A stretch of 32,000 nt of DNA from Methanococcus maripaludis (GCF_002945325.1 NZ_CP026606.1:1320001-1352000), one strand, 5' to 3'; numbered from the stretch's first letter, positions 10,485 through 21,194 are shown. Translations and numbers: made by a program. The notes: a model not told the origin generated them from the letters alone.

Positions 10485-10727
10485 TTATTCTTCAGATTCA
10501 GCTTTTATTTTTTCAGGCTCTTTAGAAAAATCGTACGAAACCCCTTCGGGTGCAATAGGGATAATTATTGCTGCAATAATATATACAATAATCATTAACG
10601 GGTTCATGAAAAATAATAGTACCCATAAAAGCCTGATGAGCGTTGGATCTACGTTGAAATAGATTGCAAGTCCCCCACATACTCCTGAAAGCATTTTTTC
10701 TTTGTCTGATCGGTATAATCTTTTCAT
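10485..10727 (-). CDS. PspC domain-containing small membrane protein
   Basis: 80 aa ORF; LYRSDKEKMLSGVCGGLAIYFNVDPTLIRLLWVLLFF is the PspC signature. Confidence 0.88.
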   Translation of the reverse strand: MKRLYRSDKEKMLSGVCGGLAIYFNVDPTLIRLLWVLLFFMNPLMIIVYIIAAIIIPIAPEGVSYDFSKEPEKIKAESEE

Positions 10728-10814
10728 AAATTATCCCTCAAAATAGATGATACTTGTGTTCGTTATAATAATTATGAAAAATAGTAGTATTTAAAAAAAT
10801 GGTTAAGTGAAAAT

Positions 10815-11693
10815 TTAATTTTCTTCAGACTGTTCTGCTGTCTCTTTTGGCTTTTTTGGAACGTATTCTACTATTTTTTCAGGGCAGACTCTCGCAGTTG
10901 TAATGTATCCGGTGTGTCCGATCATTCTAGTTGATGGCCTTACTCCTTTTTCTGAAATTTCAATGTCTCTTACAATACATTCAACAGTTCTAATGTCTAA
11001 AAAGCCGTGTTCTTTTAAAGCTTCAACACCTTTTTTAGCCTGTTCTACGTATGGTACATATATTGCAATTCTTCCCTTTGCTTTATTGAGTGATTTTTTA
11101 GCATGTTCCACAACATTCCAAGGGTCAGGCATATCCAAAACTAAAACATCGATATTTTCTTCTTCTATTTTTTCAGTAATATCTCCGATTTTTTGCGTAA
11201 CGTTGTAAAGCCCGTTTTCTACAATTTCAATTTCTTCTTCGTCTTCGTCATCAATTCCAATGATTTTTTGGTTTTGTCTAACGGCTCCAACTATTTCAAG
11301 ATTTTTTCTAGCAATTTTTGCAAATTCTGGCCTTTTTTCGTAAGTTATTATTTTTCCTTCTTTTCCAACAGCATTTGCTAAATAAATTGTAAGTGCCGCA
11401 GAACCAGTACCTGCTTCAACAACGGTTTCTCCATTTTCAATACCGCATTCAGCAATGATTAATCCGATATCTTTTGGAAGGAGTGTTGTAACACTTCTTT
11501 TCATTTTTTTAATAATGTCATGAATAGTTGGAGTTACAAAATAAAATTCTCCGCCTTTATTTGTAATTAAAATTGATCCTTCTTCTTTTCCAACTAAATC
11601 AACAACACCAAGGTCGTTTCCGAAATTATCGAGGTTTTTATTTAAAAGGTATTTTTTTCCACGATCATCTATAATTAGTTCTTTGTTAACCAT
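10815..11693 (-). CDS. trmI: tRNA (adenine-N1)-methyltransferase, TrmI family
   Basis: ORF 10815..11705; TrmI/Gcd14 pattern VVEAGTGSAALTIYLANAVGKEGKIITYEKRPEFAKIARKNLE and VLDMPDPWNVVEHAKK. The internal ATG near 11693 overlaps the preceding stop as TAATG. Confidence 0.88.
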   Translation of the reverse strand: MVNKELIIDDRGKKYLLNKNLDNFGNDLGVVDLVGKEEGSILITNKGGEFYFVTPTIHDIIKKMKRSVTTLLPKDIGLIIAECGIENGETVVEAGTGSAALTIYLANAVGKEGKIITYEKRPEFAKIARKNLEIVGAVRQNQKIIGIDDEDEEEIEIVENGLYNVTQKIGDITEKIEEENIDVLVLDMPDPWNVVEHAKKSLNKAKGRIAIYVPYVEQAKKGVEALKEHGFLDIRTVECIVRDIEISEKGVRPSTRMIGHTGYITTARVCPEKIVEYVPKKPKETAEQSEEN

Positions 11694-12421
11694 TATTTCA
11701 CCCACTGAAATATTTTTGATTCTTCGATTTCCTTTAAAAGATTTTTTGAAGTTGCCCAGCTCTTTCTAGCAATTTTTGGGAGAGTTCTGTTTTCATACAC
11801 GTAATTTTTTAAAAATTTTTTAGTTTTTGGATCACTTGGATATCCGCTTCCAATTTCTCCAAAAGTTTCTTTATATTCTTCAATAACCCTATCACGAGTT
11901 ACTTTAGCAATAATTGATGCAGCAGACACTATTTTGTAATTTTCATCAGCTTTGTGTTCAGCAATGATTTCAACGTTTTTATTAATAAGTTTTGCTTTAA
12001 ATTGATTTGAAAATGACTGTTCACTGCTACTGCAGGCATCGATATAAATTGATATATTATCATTTTCCCTGATAAAATGATTTGAAAGCTTTGAAAAAGC
12101 GCTTAATTCTATTTTGTTTAAGTTTATAATTTCCATCTGTTTGTCAATTGTTTCAGGATCAATTACAATCTTTTCGACATCGCATATTTCGTTTATTTTT
12201 ATATAAAGTTCTTCACGCTTTTTTTTGGAAAGTTGTTTACTGTCCTTTAATTCAAGATCATTTAACTTATGTAAATTTTTTTCATCAATTTTTACCGAAG
12301 CAATTACCATTGGTCCAAGTACGGGTCCACGGCCTGCTTCATCGAGTCCAACTATTATTTTTTCGTTAGATCCGTTTGAATTATCCGAATTATTTAAATT
12401 ATTATTAATATCCTCACTCAT
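11693..12421 (-). CDS. rnhB: Ribonuclease HII
   Basis: ORF 11693..12469; GLDEAGRGPVLGPMVIA, DSKQLSKKKREEL, AASIIAKVTRDR. Internal ATG (MSEDINNN) near 12421 preferred over the upstream GTG. Confidence 0.93.
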   Translation of the reverse strand: MSEDINNNLNNSDNSNGSNEKIIVGLDEAGRGPVLGPMVIASVKIDEKNLHKLNDLELKDSKQLSKKKREELYIKINEICDVEKIVIDPETIDKQMEIINLNKIELSAFSKLSNHFIRENDNISIYIDACSSSEQSFSNQFKAKLINKNVEIIAEHKADENYKIVSAASIIAKVTRDRVIEEYKETFGEIGSGYPSDPKTKKFLKNYVYENRTLPKIARKSWATSKNLLKEIEESKIFQWVK

Positions 12422-12539
12422 TATATCACGTAATTTACTAAACAGGAAACATATAAAAAACAGTAACACGAATATACTTATGCGTTATTTCGGGTCTAAA
12501 AACTCTATTTTAAATACCATATAGAACAATGGTGGTAAT

Positions 12540-13625
12540 ATGATTCCAAAAGAAGAAATAATGGGGATTTTTGAAAAATATAACAAGGATGAAGTGACTA
12601 TTGTTACGGTAGGAAGCCACACGTCTTTACACATCTTAAAAGGTGCGAAATTAGAGGGTTTTTCAACAGCAGTTATAACAACAAAAGATAGGGCTATACC
12701 ATACAAAAGATTTGGTGTGGCAGACAAATTTATCTATGTTGATCAATTTTCAGATATTTCAAAAGAAGAAATTCAACAGCAATTAAGAGATATGAATGCA
12801 ATTATCGTTCCTCACGGTTCATTCATTGCTTACTGCGGATTAGATAATGTGGAAGACACATTCAAAGTTCCAATGTTTGGAAACAGAGCTATTTTAAGAT
12901 GGGAAGCTGAAAGGGATCTCGAAGGACGGCTTTTGGGCGGAAGCGGTCTTAGAATTCCAAAAAAATATGGCGGACCTGATGAAATAGATGGGCCAGTAAT
13001 GGTTAAATTCCCTGGAGCAAGGGGCGGAAGAGGCTACTTCCCATGTTCAAGTGTTGAAGAGTTCTGGAGAAAAATAGGCGAGTTTAAAGCTAAAGGTGTT
13101 CTCACAGAAGACGATGTTTCAAAAGCACACATCGAAGAATATGTTGTTGGTGCAAACTACTGCATTCACTATTTCTATTCACCATTAAAAGATCAGGTTG
13201 AATTAATGGGAATTGATAGAAGATATGAAAGCAGCATTGATGGGCTCGTTAGAGTTCCTGCAAAAGACCAGCTTGAATTAAATATAGACCCTTCCTACGT
13301 TATCACCGGAAACTTCCCTGTTGTAATTAGGGAAAGTCTTTTACCTCAGGTATTTGACATGGGCGATAAATTAGTTGCAAAAGCAAAAGAAGAAGTAAAT
13401 CCGGGAATGCTTGGACCATTCTGTTTACAGTCATTATGTAATGACAACCTAGAACTCGTTGTATTTGAAATGAGTGCAAGGGTTGATGGTGGAACAAACA
13501 CGTTTATGAATGGAAGTCCATATTCATGCCTTTACACTGGCGAACCGTTAAGCATGGGTCAGAGAATTGCAAAAGAAATAAAATTAGCACTTGAACTTAA
13601 CATGATTGACAAAGTTATATCTTAA
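12540..13625 (+). CDS. purP: 5-formaminoimidazole-4-carboxamide ribonucleotide synthetase
   Basis: 361 aa ORF; PurP sequence incl. GSHTSLHILKGAKLEGFSTAVI, FPGARGGRGYF, FEMSARVDGGTN. Confidence 0.93.
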   Translation: MIPKEEIMGIFEKYNKDEVTIVTVGSHTSLHILKGAKLEGFSTAVITTKDRAIPYKRFGVADKFIYVDQFSDISKEEIQQQLRDMNAIIVPHGSFIAYCGLDNVEDTFKVPMFGNRAILRWEAERDLEGRLLGGSGLRIPKKYGGPDEIDGPVMVKFPGARGGRGYFPCSSVEEFWRKIGEFKAKGVLTEDDVSKAHIEEYVVGANYCIHYFYSPLKDQVELMGIDRRYESSIDGLVRVPAKDQLELNIDPSYVITGNFPVVIRESLLPQVFDMGDKLVAKAKEEVNPGMLGPFCLQSLCNDNLELVVFEMSARVDGGTNTFMNGSPYSCLYTGEPLSMGQRIAKEIKLALELNMIDKVIS

Positions 13626-13688
13626 ATTAAATTTAATTTTTATTTTTTTTAAAAAAGTATTTTTGGAATTTTTAAAGTTATTTAATAT

Positions 13689-15002
13689 TTAAGAATTTAT
13701 TATCTCTTTTATTTCTGTTAATTTTTCATTCATTGTTTTTTCATCATCTGCTTCTAAATTTAACCTTAAAAGTGGTTCAGTATTTGATGATCTAACATTA
13801 AACCAAAAATCATTACAATAAAGCGAAATTCCATCTAATTTTTCGATTTTGCAGATGTTTTCATATTTTTTTTCAATGGATTCGATCGATTTTTTCTGGT
13901 TAGCCACTTTAAAGTTTATTTCACCACTGTGGAAATATTTTTTGTAATTTTTCGAAATTTCTGAGAGTGGTTTTCCTTCTCTTTCAAGTGCTTTCAAGAT
14001 ATAATTCAATGCTAATAACGGGCTTTCAAAGTAACCTGTTGATTTGAAGTAGAAGTGATTGCTAAACTCCCCTGCAAACTCTGCATCTATTTCATGCATT
14101 AATTTTTTTATGAAGTAGTGTCCAACTCTTGTTTTTACAGGAGTTCCCCCATTTTTTGAAATTGTTTCAGGAACCACTTTACTGCATCTTAAATCGTATA
14201 CAATTTTTCCTTTAACTTCGTTTAAAATTTCATTTGAAATTATCGCAGTTAATATGTCCCCTGCTAAAATTTCTCCTTTTTCATCGACCATTCCGATTCT
14301 GTCGCCATCTCCATCAAAAATAAGGCCAAATTCGCAAAAGTTAGTTTTTACCGTGTTTATAATATCGATCAAACATTCTTTTTTAAGGGTGTCTGGTTCG
14401 TGTGCAGGGAAATTTCCGTCCGGAAAATCGTTAACAAATATTTTATTTTCTAAAACTTTTTCTAAAACTTTTTTTTCTGCATTGGTAGTTGCACCGTTTG
14501 CAAAGTCTACTGCAATTTTTCGATTTGTTTTTTCAAGTTTTTTGGTAAAAAAATTCAAATATTTACTTAAAATATCAACCTTTAAACTTTCTAAATCCAA
14601 ATTTTCAATTTCTTCCTTTTGTTCTTCTGAAAGTTCAAACATTTCAAAATCCGGTTTTATTTCATCTACTGGTGAAAGTGGAATTGCATCGATGTCGCAC
14701 ATTTTAAATCCAGTATACTCTTTTGGATTGTGGGATGCAGTTAAGATTACTCCAAGATCAAATTTTTTAAGAGTTCCAAAGTACATCAGCGGGGTTGAGA
14801 TTTCTCCAGCATAGTAAACTTTAGAATTTTCAAGTATCCCGTAAATAAATGGTTTTAAGAGTTTTTTGGAACCGATTCGAATATCGTTTCCAACCATTAT
14901 TCTTTCATAGTTTTTTCCAACGAGTTTTCCTAAAGAATAAGCAAAATTATCATCTAAATCTTTTTCATAAATTCCCCTGATGTCGTATGCCTTAAATACC
15001 AA
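13689..15002 (-). CDS. Phosphomannomutase/phosphoglucomutase family protein
   Basis: 437 aa ORF; MVFKAYDIRGIYEKDL, ASHNPKEYTG, DGDGDRIG and FNVRSSNTEPLLRLNLEA motifs. Confidence 0.93.
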   Translation of the reverse strand: MVFKAYDIRGIYEKDLDDNFAYSLGKLVGKNYERIMVGNDIRIGSKKLLKPFIYGILENSKVYYAGEISTPLMYFGTLKKFDLGVILTASHNPKEYTGFKMCDIDAIPLSPVDEIKPDFEMFELSEEQKEEIENLDLESLKVDILSKYLNFFTKKLEKTNRKIAVDFANGATTNAEKKVLEKVLENKIFVNDFPDGNFPAHEPDTLKKECLIDIINTVKTNFCEFGLIFDGDGDRIGMVDEKGEILAGDILTAIISNEILNEVKGKIVYDLRCSKVVPETISKNGGTPVKTRVGHYFIKKLMHEIDAEFAGEFSNHFYFKSTGYFESPLLALNYILKALEREGKPLSEISKNYKKYFHSGEINFKVANQKKSIESIEKKYENICKIEKLDGISLYCNDFWFNVRSSNTEPLLRLNLEADDEKTMNEKLTEIKEIINS

Positions 15003-15212
15003 TTTAAACCACCGTTCAATGTTCGAATAAAAAAATTTATGCGTTATATTATGTAAATTGGGATTAAATAACTTTTCAAAAAAATAAAAAATATTATACC
15101 ATAATTACTCTGAACAATGGTCGAAAATAAAATTAAACCTCACACACTCTGGAATGAGGTATTATTTATTATATTAATATATTTATAAAAATGTTTTGAT
15201 TTGATAATGTGA

Positions 15213-15257
15213 AAAAAAGAAGTTTTATTGCAATCCTCAACTCTCAGATTGCAATAC
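15213..15257 (-). terminator. Hairpin plus U-rich tract downstream of the S10 gene (putative 3' end of the ribosomal/EF operon)
   Basis: Perfect 8-bp inverted repeat TTGCAATC(11 nt)GATTGCAA at 15231-15257, followed on the minus strand by TAAAACTTCTTTTTTTTC. Confidence 0.55.
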
Positions 15258-15288
15258 GTCTGGCTTTTGCGATTTAAACGAATTAAAA

Positions 15289-15597
15289 TTAGTTTCTCAA
15301 TTCAATTTCGATTTGAACTGTGTCAGGAATTCTAACTTTCATGATGTGTTTCATGGTTCTTTCGTCAGCTTCAATGTCGATAACTCTTTTGTGAACTCTC
15401 ATTGTCCATCTGTCGAATGATGAGGAACCTTCACCATCTGTTGATTTCCTTGTTGTAACTTTTAACGCTTTTGTTGGTAGTGGAATTGGACCTGACATGT
15501 CTACACCAGTTTTTTCAGCGATAGCTTTAATCTGGTCGCATACACCGTCTAATTCTGTGTGTTGTGTGCTTGATAATTTTATTCTTGCTTTTTGCAT
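15289..15597 (-). CDS. rps10: 30S ribosomal protein S10
   Basis: 102 aa ORF; [24 protein letters not shown]...GPIPLPTK...[20 protein letters not shown]...VQIEIELRN. Confidence 0.96.
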
Positions 15598-15645
15598 AAT
15601 ATGCCTCTTTTGCCGTGTTTAATAAGAAGAAAAAGTTAAGCTAAA

Positions 15646-16932
15646 TTATTTGTTTTTAGCTGTAACTTGGATTGCCATACCTGCAGCAACGGTCATACCC
15701 ATATCTCTGATTGCGAATCTACCGAGTTGTGGGATTTCTTTAACGCTTTCCATAACTAATGGTTTTGTAGGCATTAATTTAACGATTGCAGCGTCACCAG
15801 CTTTTAAGAAGTCTGGGTTTTCTTCTAAAACTTCACCAGTTGCAGGGTTTAATTTTTTCTGTAATTCCATGAATGTACATGCAATCTGTGCTGTGTGTGC
15901 GTGGAATACAGGTGTGTAACCTACTGTCATAACTGATGGGTGTTGTAAAACAACGATTTGTGCTGTGAAGTCTGCAGCAACTGTTGGAGGGTTTGTTGTA
16001 TGTCCTAAAACGTCTCCTCTTTTAATGTCTTTTTTACCAACGCCTCTTACGTTGAAACCGATGTTGTCTCCAGGTTCAGCACTTGGTAATTGTTCGTGGT
16101 GCATTTCCACAGTTTTGATTTCTCCTACTGCTCCTGCAGGTTCGAAGACAACTTTGTCTCCTGGTTTGATGATACCTGTTTCAACTCTTCCTACTGGAAC
16201 TGTACCTACACCAGTGATTGAGTAAACATCCTGGATAGGTAATCTTAATGGTAAGGTTGTTGGTTTTTCAGGTGGTTGGAATCCATCGATAACTTCTGCG
16301 AGTGTAGGTCCGTTGTACCATGGTGTTTTGTCGGATTTTTTGAATACGTTGTCACCAAGAAGTGAAGCAACTGGTATGAAGTTGATGTTGTCAGGGTTGA
16401 ATCCAACCATTTTTAACAATTGGTCGCCTAACATCTTTTTCATTTCGTTGTAGTCAGCTTCTGAGAAGTTAACTGTGTCCATTTTGTTGATTGCAACAGC
16501 TAATTGGGTGATACCAAGTGTTCTTGATAAGAAAACGTGTTCTCTTGTTTGGGGTTGAATGCCTGATTTAGCATCGTCAACGTTTACAACTAAAACAGCT
16601 GCATCAGCTTGTGAAGCACCAGTGATCATGTTTTTAATGAAGTCTCTGTGGCCTGGGCAGTCTACGATTGTAACTTCGTATTTTGCGGTAGGGAATTTTT
16701 TGTGAGCTACGTCAATTGTAACTCCTCTTTCTCTTTCTTCCTTTAAACCGTCCATAACGTAAGCAAATTCGAATCCTGCTTTACCTTTTTCTTCAGCTTC
16801 TTTTCTTAATCTTACGATTAACTGTGGGTCGATAGCTCCACCATCTAATAATAATCTTCCTACTGTTGTTGATTTACCAGCATCTACGTGTCCGATAAAT
16901 GCAACGTTAAGAATTGGTTTTTCTTTTGCCAT
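15646..16932 (-). CDS. tuf: Translation elongation factor EF-1 alpha
   Basis: ORF to 16938; [40 protein letters not shown]; ATG of MAKEK near 16932 is the likelier start. Confidence 0.97.
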   Translation of the reverse strand: MAKEKPILNVAFIGHVDAGKSTTVGRLLLDGGAIDPQLIVRLRKEAEEKGKAGFEFAYVMDGLKEERERGVTIDVAHKKFPTAKYEVTIVDCPGHRDFIKNMITGASQADAAVLVVNVDDAKSGIQPQTREHVFLSRTLGITQLAVAINKMDTVNFSEADYNEMKKMLGDQLLKMVGFNPDNINFIPVASLLGDNVFKKSDKTPWYNGPTLAEVIDGFQPPEKPTTLPLRLPIQDVYSITGVGTVPVGRVETGIIKPGDKVVFEPAGAVGEIKTVEMHHEQLPSAEPGDNIGFNVRGVGKKDIKRGDVLGHTTNPPTVAADFTAQIVVLQHPSVMTVGYTPVFHAHTAQIACTFMELQKKLNPATGEVLEENPDFLKAGDAAIVKLMPTKPLVMESVKEIPQLGRFAIRDMGMTVAAGMAIQVTAKNK

Positions 16933-16990
16933 AATCATTCCTCCATAAGAGTATATTTTTAGCGATTTTTGTAATATGATAGTGAAAAAG

Positions 16991-17005
16991 GGTATATATA
17001 TTTTA
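16991..17005 (-). promoter_or_regulatory. Candidate internal promoter (TATA box) for EF-1 alpha
   Basis: Minus-strand ATAAAATATATATACC in the short EF-2/EF-1alpha gap, about 60-70 nt upstream of the EF-1alpha start. Confidence 0.5.
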
Positions 17006-17015
17006 TGGTACTTGT

Positions 17016-19199
17016 TTATTCAGATTTTAACCCTTTTCTGTCCCTAATTTGTTTAGCAATCTTAGGTTGAAGCTCGTTTGGAACTCTTTCGAATCCTGAG
17101 AACTCAACGCTCCACAAACATCTACCTTGTGTAGCCCCCCTAATTGCACCAGCAAATCCGAACATTTCAGCAACAGGCACTGAAGATTTGATAATTGACA
17201 TGTCTCCTTCTTGTTCCATGTCGAGAATCTGTCCTCTTCTGTTGTTGATCTCTTTCATACCGTCTCCCATGTAGTCTTGCGGGGTGTTGATGTAAACACT
17301 TTGCATAGGTTCGAGGAGAACTGGTTTTGCTTGGGCAACTGCATCCCTTACACCGAATCTTACAGCAGGGATAATTTGAGCAGGTCCTCTGTGGATTGCA
17401 TCTTCGTGGAATGTTGCATCCACTAATCTGATTTTTACACCCTGAACTTTTTCAGCTGCGAGTGGACCGTTTCTTACACCTTCTTTGAAACCTTCGATAA
17501 TTAATTCTCTAGCTTCATCGAGTTGCACGATACCTCTTGTCATGTTTACAATCATGTTTCCATTGTAAATTGACATTACTTTTTTCGCCTGATCTTTTTC
17601 AAGACCTGCTTCAACTAACCTTGCTTCACCATCAGCGGTAGTTTTCTTTTTGTAATCTTCATCGTGGAGTTTACCTTCAACGTATGCAGCGTAAACTGAC
17701 TCTTCCATAGGTTCTGCAATCATGTAGAGTTTGTTGTGTTTGTTTGGTGATTTTCCTTCAATTTCTGGGGATGTGCCCATAATTGTTTCTCTGTAAACAA
17801 CGATTGGTTCACCGACATCTACTTCAATTCCACCGTCTCTTCCGATTTTGGTGTTAGTGATAACTTCGATGTGGAGCTCACCCATACCGCTGATTAAGTG
17901 TTCACCGGTTTCTTCGTTGATTTCTACTCTTACTGTGTTGTCTTCTCTTGCAATCTGTCTTAAGATTTCAATTAATTTTGGTAAATCTTTAGTGTTTTTA
18001 GCTTCGATTGCAACAGTGATAACTGGTTCAGAGGTGTGGCTTAATGATTCAAATCCTGGTTCTAAGATTTCTGAAGGGCTGCATACTGTTTCACCAGCAG
18101 TAGCTTCTCTTAATCCTGTTAAAGCACAGATGTTACCTGCTGAAATGCTTGGTACCTGAACTCTTTCAGCACCCATGAAGATTGAAACTTGCTGAGCTCT
18201 TGCTTTCTGTTTTGAACCAACGAGGTAGAGGTCGTCTCCTTGTTTGATTCTTCCTGAAAACAATCTGCATGCAGAAATTGCACCAGCGTGTTTATCAACG
18301 ATAATTTTTGTAACAACACCTGCAAGTGGTCCGTTAGGGTCACAAGCAACCATTGATTTACCGATGGTTGATTCAGCGTCTCCTTTCCAGATGTTTGGAA
18401 TTCTGTATTTTTGAGCAGTCAATGGATTTGGTAAGTGTTTGATTGACATGTCAAGAACAACTTCGTGGAGTGGAGCTTTTTCAGCCAATTCTTTTTGGTT
18501 TTCTTGCTCACAGTAGTCAATAATATCTTTGAATGAAATTCCTGATCTTTGCATGTATGGAACTGAAATAGCCCAGTTGTTGTATGCTGAACCAAAAGCA
18601 ACTTTTCCATTTGCAACATCACATAACCATTCTTTTTTGAATTCTTCAGGAGCCATTTTTTCGATTAACTTGTTAACTTCTGCAATGATTTTCATGAATC
18701 TTCCCTGTAATTCTTCAGGGGTTAATTTCAATTCATTGATCAATCTGTCAACTTTGTTAATGAATAAAACAGGTTTAACTTTTTCTTTTAATGCCTGTCT
18801 TAAAACAGTTTCCGTTTGTGGCATAACACCTTCAACAGCACAACATACAACAACAGCACCATCAATTGCTCTCATTGCTCTTGTAACGTCACCACCAAAG
18901 TCAACGTGACCAGGGGTATCGATTAAGTTGATTAAGTACTCTTTTCCGCTGTATTCGTGTACCATTGAAACGTTTGCAGCGTAGATTGTGATACCTCTTG
19001 CAGCTTCTTCTTCATCGAAGTCAAGTGCAAGCTGGTCTCCAGCTAATTCTTTGGAGATCATACCTGCTCCTGCAAGCAAGTTGTCTGATAATGTGGTTTT
19101 ACCGTGGTCAATGTGAGCACAGATACCCATGTTTCTAATTTGTTCATGTGTTTCCATTAAGGTTTTGACCTTTTCAACCATTTTTGCTCTTCTTCCCAT
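17016..19199 (-). CDS. fusA: Translation elongation factor EF-2
   Basis: 727 aa ORF; [37 protein letters not shown]-terminal [25 protein letters not shown]. Confidence 0.97.
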   Translation of the reverse strand: MGRRAKMVEKVKTLMETHEQIRNMGICAHIDHGKTTLSDNLLAGAGMISKELAGDQLALDFDEEEAARGITIYAANVSMVHEYSGKEYLINLIDTPGHVDFGGDVTRAMRAIDGAVVVCCAVEGVMPQTETVLRQALKEKVKPVLFINKVDRLINELKLTPEELQGRFMKIIAEVNKLIEKMAPEEFKKEWLCDVANGKVAFGSAYNNWAISVPYMQRSGISFKDIIDYCEQENQKELAEKAPLHEVVLDMSIKHLPNPLTAQKYRIPNIWKGDAESTIGKSMVACDPNGPLAGVVTKIIVDKHAGAISACRLFSGRIKQGDDLYLVGSKQKARAQQVSIFMGAERVQVPSISAGNICALTGLREATAGETVCSPSEILEPGFESLSHTSEPVITVAIEAKNTKDLPKLIEILRQIAREDNTVRVEINEETGEHLISGMGELHIEVITNTKIGRDGGIEVDVGEPIVVYRETIMGTSPEIEGKSPNKHNKLYMIAEPMEESVYAAYVEGKLHDEDYKKKTTADGEARLVEAGLEKDQAKKVMSIYNGNMIVNMTRGIVQLDEARELIIEGFKEGVRNGPLAAEKVQGVKIRLVDATFHEDAIHRGPAQIIPAVRFGVRDAVAQAKPVLLEPMQSVYINTPQDYMGDGMKEINNRRGQILDMEQEGDMSIIKSSVPVAEMFGFAGAIRGATQGRCLWSVEFSGFERVPNELQPKIAKQIRDRKGLKSE

Positions 19200-19280
19200 A
19201 ATCTCACTCTTTTATTTTTTGAGAAGTTCATAATATACGAACTATTGTTACCCTTTTATGACATAGGGTCATGTATAAAG

Positions 19281-19292
19281 AGATATAAAAAG
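19281..19292 (-). promoter_or_regulatory. Candidate internal promoter (TATA box) upstream of EF-2
   Basis: Minus-strand ACTTTTTATATCT just upstream of a roughly 60-80 nt leader in the S7/EF-2 gap. Confidence 0.45.
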
Positions 19293-19300
19293 TATTTAAT

Positions 19301-19867
19301 TTATCTTGCAGATTGTGCAACTCTCTCTTTTTCTTCTTTTTTCTTAACAGCAAAGCTTTTTTGCATGTCAGCTTTTGAAGCAAAGATGAGTTCGTCTGCT
19401 AAGCATTGAGCAACGGTTTTTTTATTTTTGTGTGCGCTTTCTGAAGCACCAAGTGCAATGTTTCTAAAAGCTGTGTCCAATCGTCTTGATGGTGAAACAT
19501 CAACTGACTGTAAGAATGCAATTCCCCCGTAGGAGATTCTTGTTGTTTCTTCCCTAGGTCCTGAATTTTCTAAAGCATCAACTAAAACTTGAACAGGGTT
19601 TTCTTTAGTCCTGTTTTCAATGATTGACAAAGCTTCTTCGACAATTGCTAAAGTTTCGTGTTTTTTACCGGTGTTGTTTTGGTTAGCCATTAATTTGTTA
19701 GCTAATCTTTCTACAATGTTCATTTTTGATTTATCAAAACTTTTCTTTGAGTTTCTTCCTGCAGTATGTGGAACTAAAACTGGAGCTACACTAATGTAGG
19801 ATTTTAAACTTGGGTCTTTAACTGCGACAGTTTCACTGTCCCATTTACCAAATAATTTGATTTCCAA
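19301..19867 (-). CDS. rps7: 30S ribosomal protein S7
   Basis: 188 aa ORF; [82 protein letters not shown]. Confidence 0.96.
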   Translation of the reverse strand: MEIKLFGKWDSETVAVKDPSLKSYISVAPVLVPHTAGRNSKKSFDKSKMNIVERLANKLMANQNNTGKKHETLAIVEEALSIIENRTKENPVQVLVDALENSGPREETTRISYGGIAFLQSVDVSPSRRLDTAFRNIALGASESAHKNKKTVAQCLADELIFASKADMQKSFAVKKKEEKERVAQSAR

Positions 19868-19900
19868 TTTTTCACCCTTTTTTCTTTTTTAGATCTTAAT

Positions 19901-20344
19901 TTATCTTTTAACTTTTTCCTGTCTTCCTCTGACAAGCTCTCTGATTGAGTTTTTACCGACTAATACAACTTTGTATCTAACTCCTGGAATATCCCCTTTA
20001 GCCTGTCCTGATGGACCACCGATACCTTCGATAACAACTTCGTCGTGTTCATCAATGAAGTTGATAGCGTGGTTTCCAGGTGCAAATGCTGTAACTTGTC
20101 TACCGTTTTTGATTAACTGAACTCTAACACATTTTCTGATAGCAGAGTTTGGCTGTTTTGCTTCGAGACCTACTTTCTCAATAACAATTCCTCTTCCCAT
20201 TGGAGCTCCTTCTAATGGGTCAGCTTTTAATTTTAAGCTTAGAGCTTTGTTAACGTATTTGTAGTGGTGCCATCTGCTTGCTTTTCTTTTTAAAAGTAAT
20301 TTTCTTCCTGCGAATTCTCCTTTTGGAGATTTACTTCCTGCCAT
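19901..20344 (-). CDS. rps12: 30S ribosomal protein S12
   Basis: 147 aa ORF; [61 protein letters not shown]. Confidence 0.97.
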   Translation of the reverse strand: MAGSKSPKGEFAGRKLLLKRKASRWHHYKYVNKALSLKLKADPLEGAPMGRGIVIEKVGLEAKQPNSAIRKCVRVQLIKNGRQVTAFAPGNHAINFIDEHDEVVIEGIGGPSGQAKGDIPGVRYKVVLVGKNSIRELVRGRQEKVKR

Positions 20345-20353
20345 AAAATCACC

Positions 20354-20878
20354 TTATTGGTTTTCTTCAGCTTCAACATTTTTAGATGATTCTGCTGCTT
20401 TTTCAGGTACTTCTTCCTGTTTTGGTTTTTTATCGTTATCTTTTCTTAAACCAGCAACGACTTTGATATTTTTAACACCTGCAAGTCTTCCTGCAATGTC
20501 TACTGCTCTATCAATGTTTTTTCCTTTGTCTCCAATAATAGCTCTCCTAAATCTTGGATGAACTCTTATGTAAACTACTAAATCGTCACCAAATTTTTTA
20601 GTCCATACATCTTCTACTTCAATTGGAGCAAAGATGTTTTTAATGAACTGTTTTACATCTTCTGAGTATTCGATTAAGTCTATTTTTTTACCGAATTTTT
20701 CAGTTGCATTTCTCACATTTTCGCCGCCTTTTCCAATTGCAGCTCCAATGTCACCTTCTTTAACAACGAAAACAATTTTTTCATCATCAGAAGTGCTATC
20801 AATCACGTCAGCACCAGTCATCTTTTCGAAGAGACTGATTCTCATGATATCTTCTGTATTAAGTTTAATTCTCATCAA
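20354..20878 (-). CDS. nusA: Archaeal NusA-like KH-domain transcription factor
   Basis: 174 aa ORF; two KH-like segments (VKEGDIGAAIGKGGENVRNA; RAIIGDKGKNIDRAVDIA) between S12 and L30e. Confidence 0.92.
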   Translation of the reverse strand: MMRIKLNTEDIMRISLFEKMTGADVIDSTSDDEKIVFVVKEGDIGAAIGKGGENVRNATEKFGKKIDLIEYSEDVKQFIKNIFAPIEVEDVWTKKFGDDLVVYIRVHPRFRRAIIGDKGKNIDRAVDIAGRLAGVKNIKVVAGLRKDNDKKPKQEEVPEKAAESSKNVEAEENQ

Positions 20879-20891
20879 CCATCACCCGCGG

Positions 20892-21194
20892 TTATTCTTC
20901 ATTGTTAACGTTTAAAATAGCCGAGTTACCAGGTTCTAAAACCAACAATGCGGAAACAGGGAATGGTTTTCCACAAATAGCTCCAAGTTCAATTGAAGTT
21001 GCCTGGTGTGTGTAAACCGGGGTTTCTGAAAGTTGTGTGTAATAAAAAATGTCTTCTCTAACGTCTTTTGCGCAGTTGTCTGCAACAATTACTAACTGGC
21101 CTTCGCCGTGTTTTATGTTTTTAATAGCCTGTTTTGTACCTAAGACTACATTTCCAGTGTCCACTGCTACTCTTATAGCTCTGTTTATGTCCAT
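20892..21194 (-). CDS. rpl30e: Ribosomal protein L30e
   Basis: ORF to 21212; [44 protein letters not shown]; ATG at 21194 (MDINRA) likely start. Confidence 0.92.
   Translation of the reverse strand: MDINRAIRVAVDTGNVVLGTKQAIKNIKHGEGQLVIVADNCAKDVREDIFYYTQLSETPVYTHQATSIELGAICGKPFPVSALLVLEPGNSAILNVNNEE

Noticed and set aside
11693-12471. Apparent small coordinate mismatches when hand-counting homopolymer runs against the ORF track (rnhB and the first minus-strand ORF)
   Set aside because: Most likely my miscounting of homopolymers; the continuous conserved translations support the ORF track, so I do not claim frameshifts there.
17211-18909. Numerous 60-126 aa ORFs antisense to EF-2, EF-1alpha, RNA polymerase and other genes
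   Set aside because: They lie opposite strongly supported conserved CDSs, have no domain resemblance or SD, and reflect the AT-rich codon usage of the sense gene.
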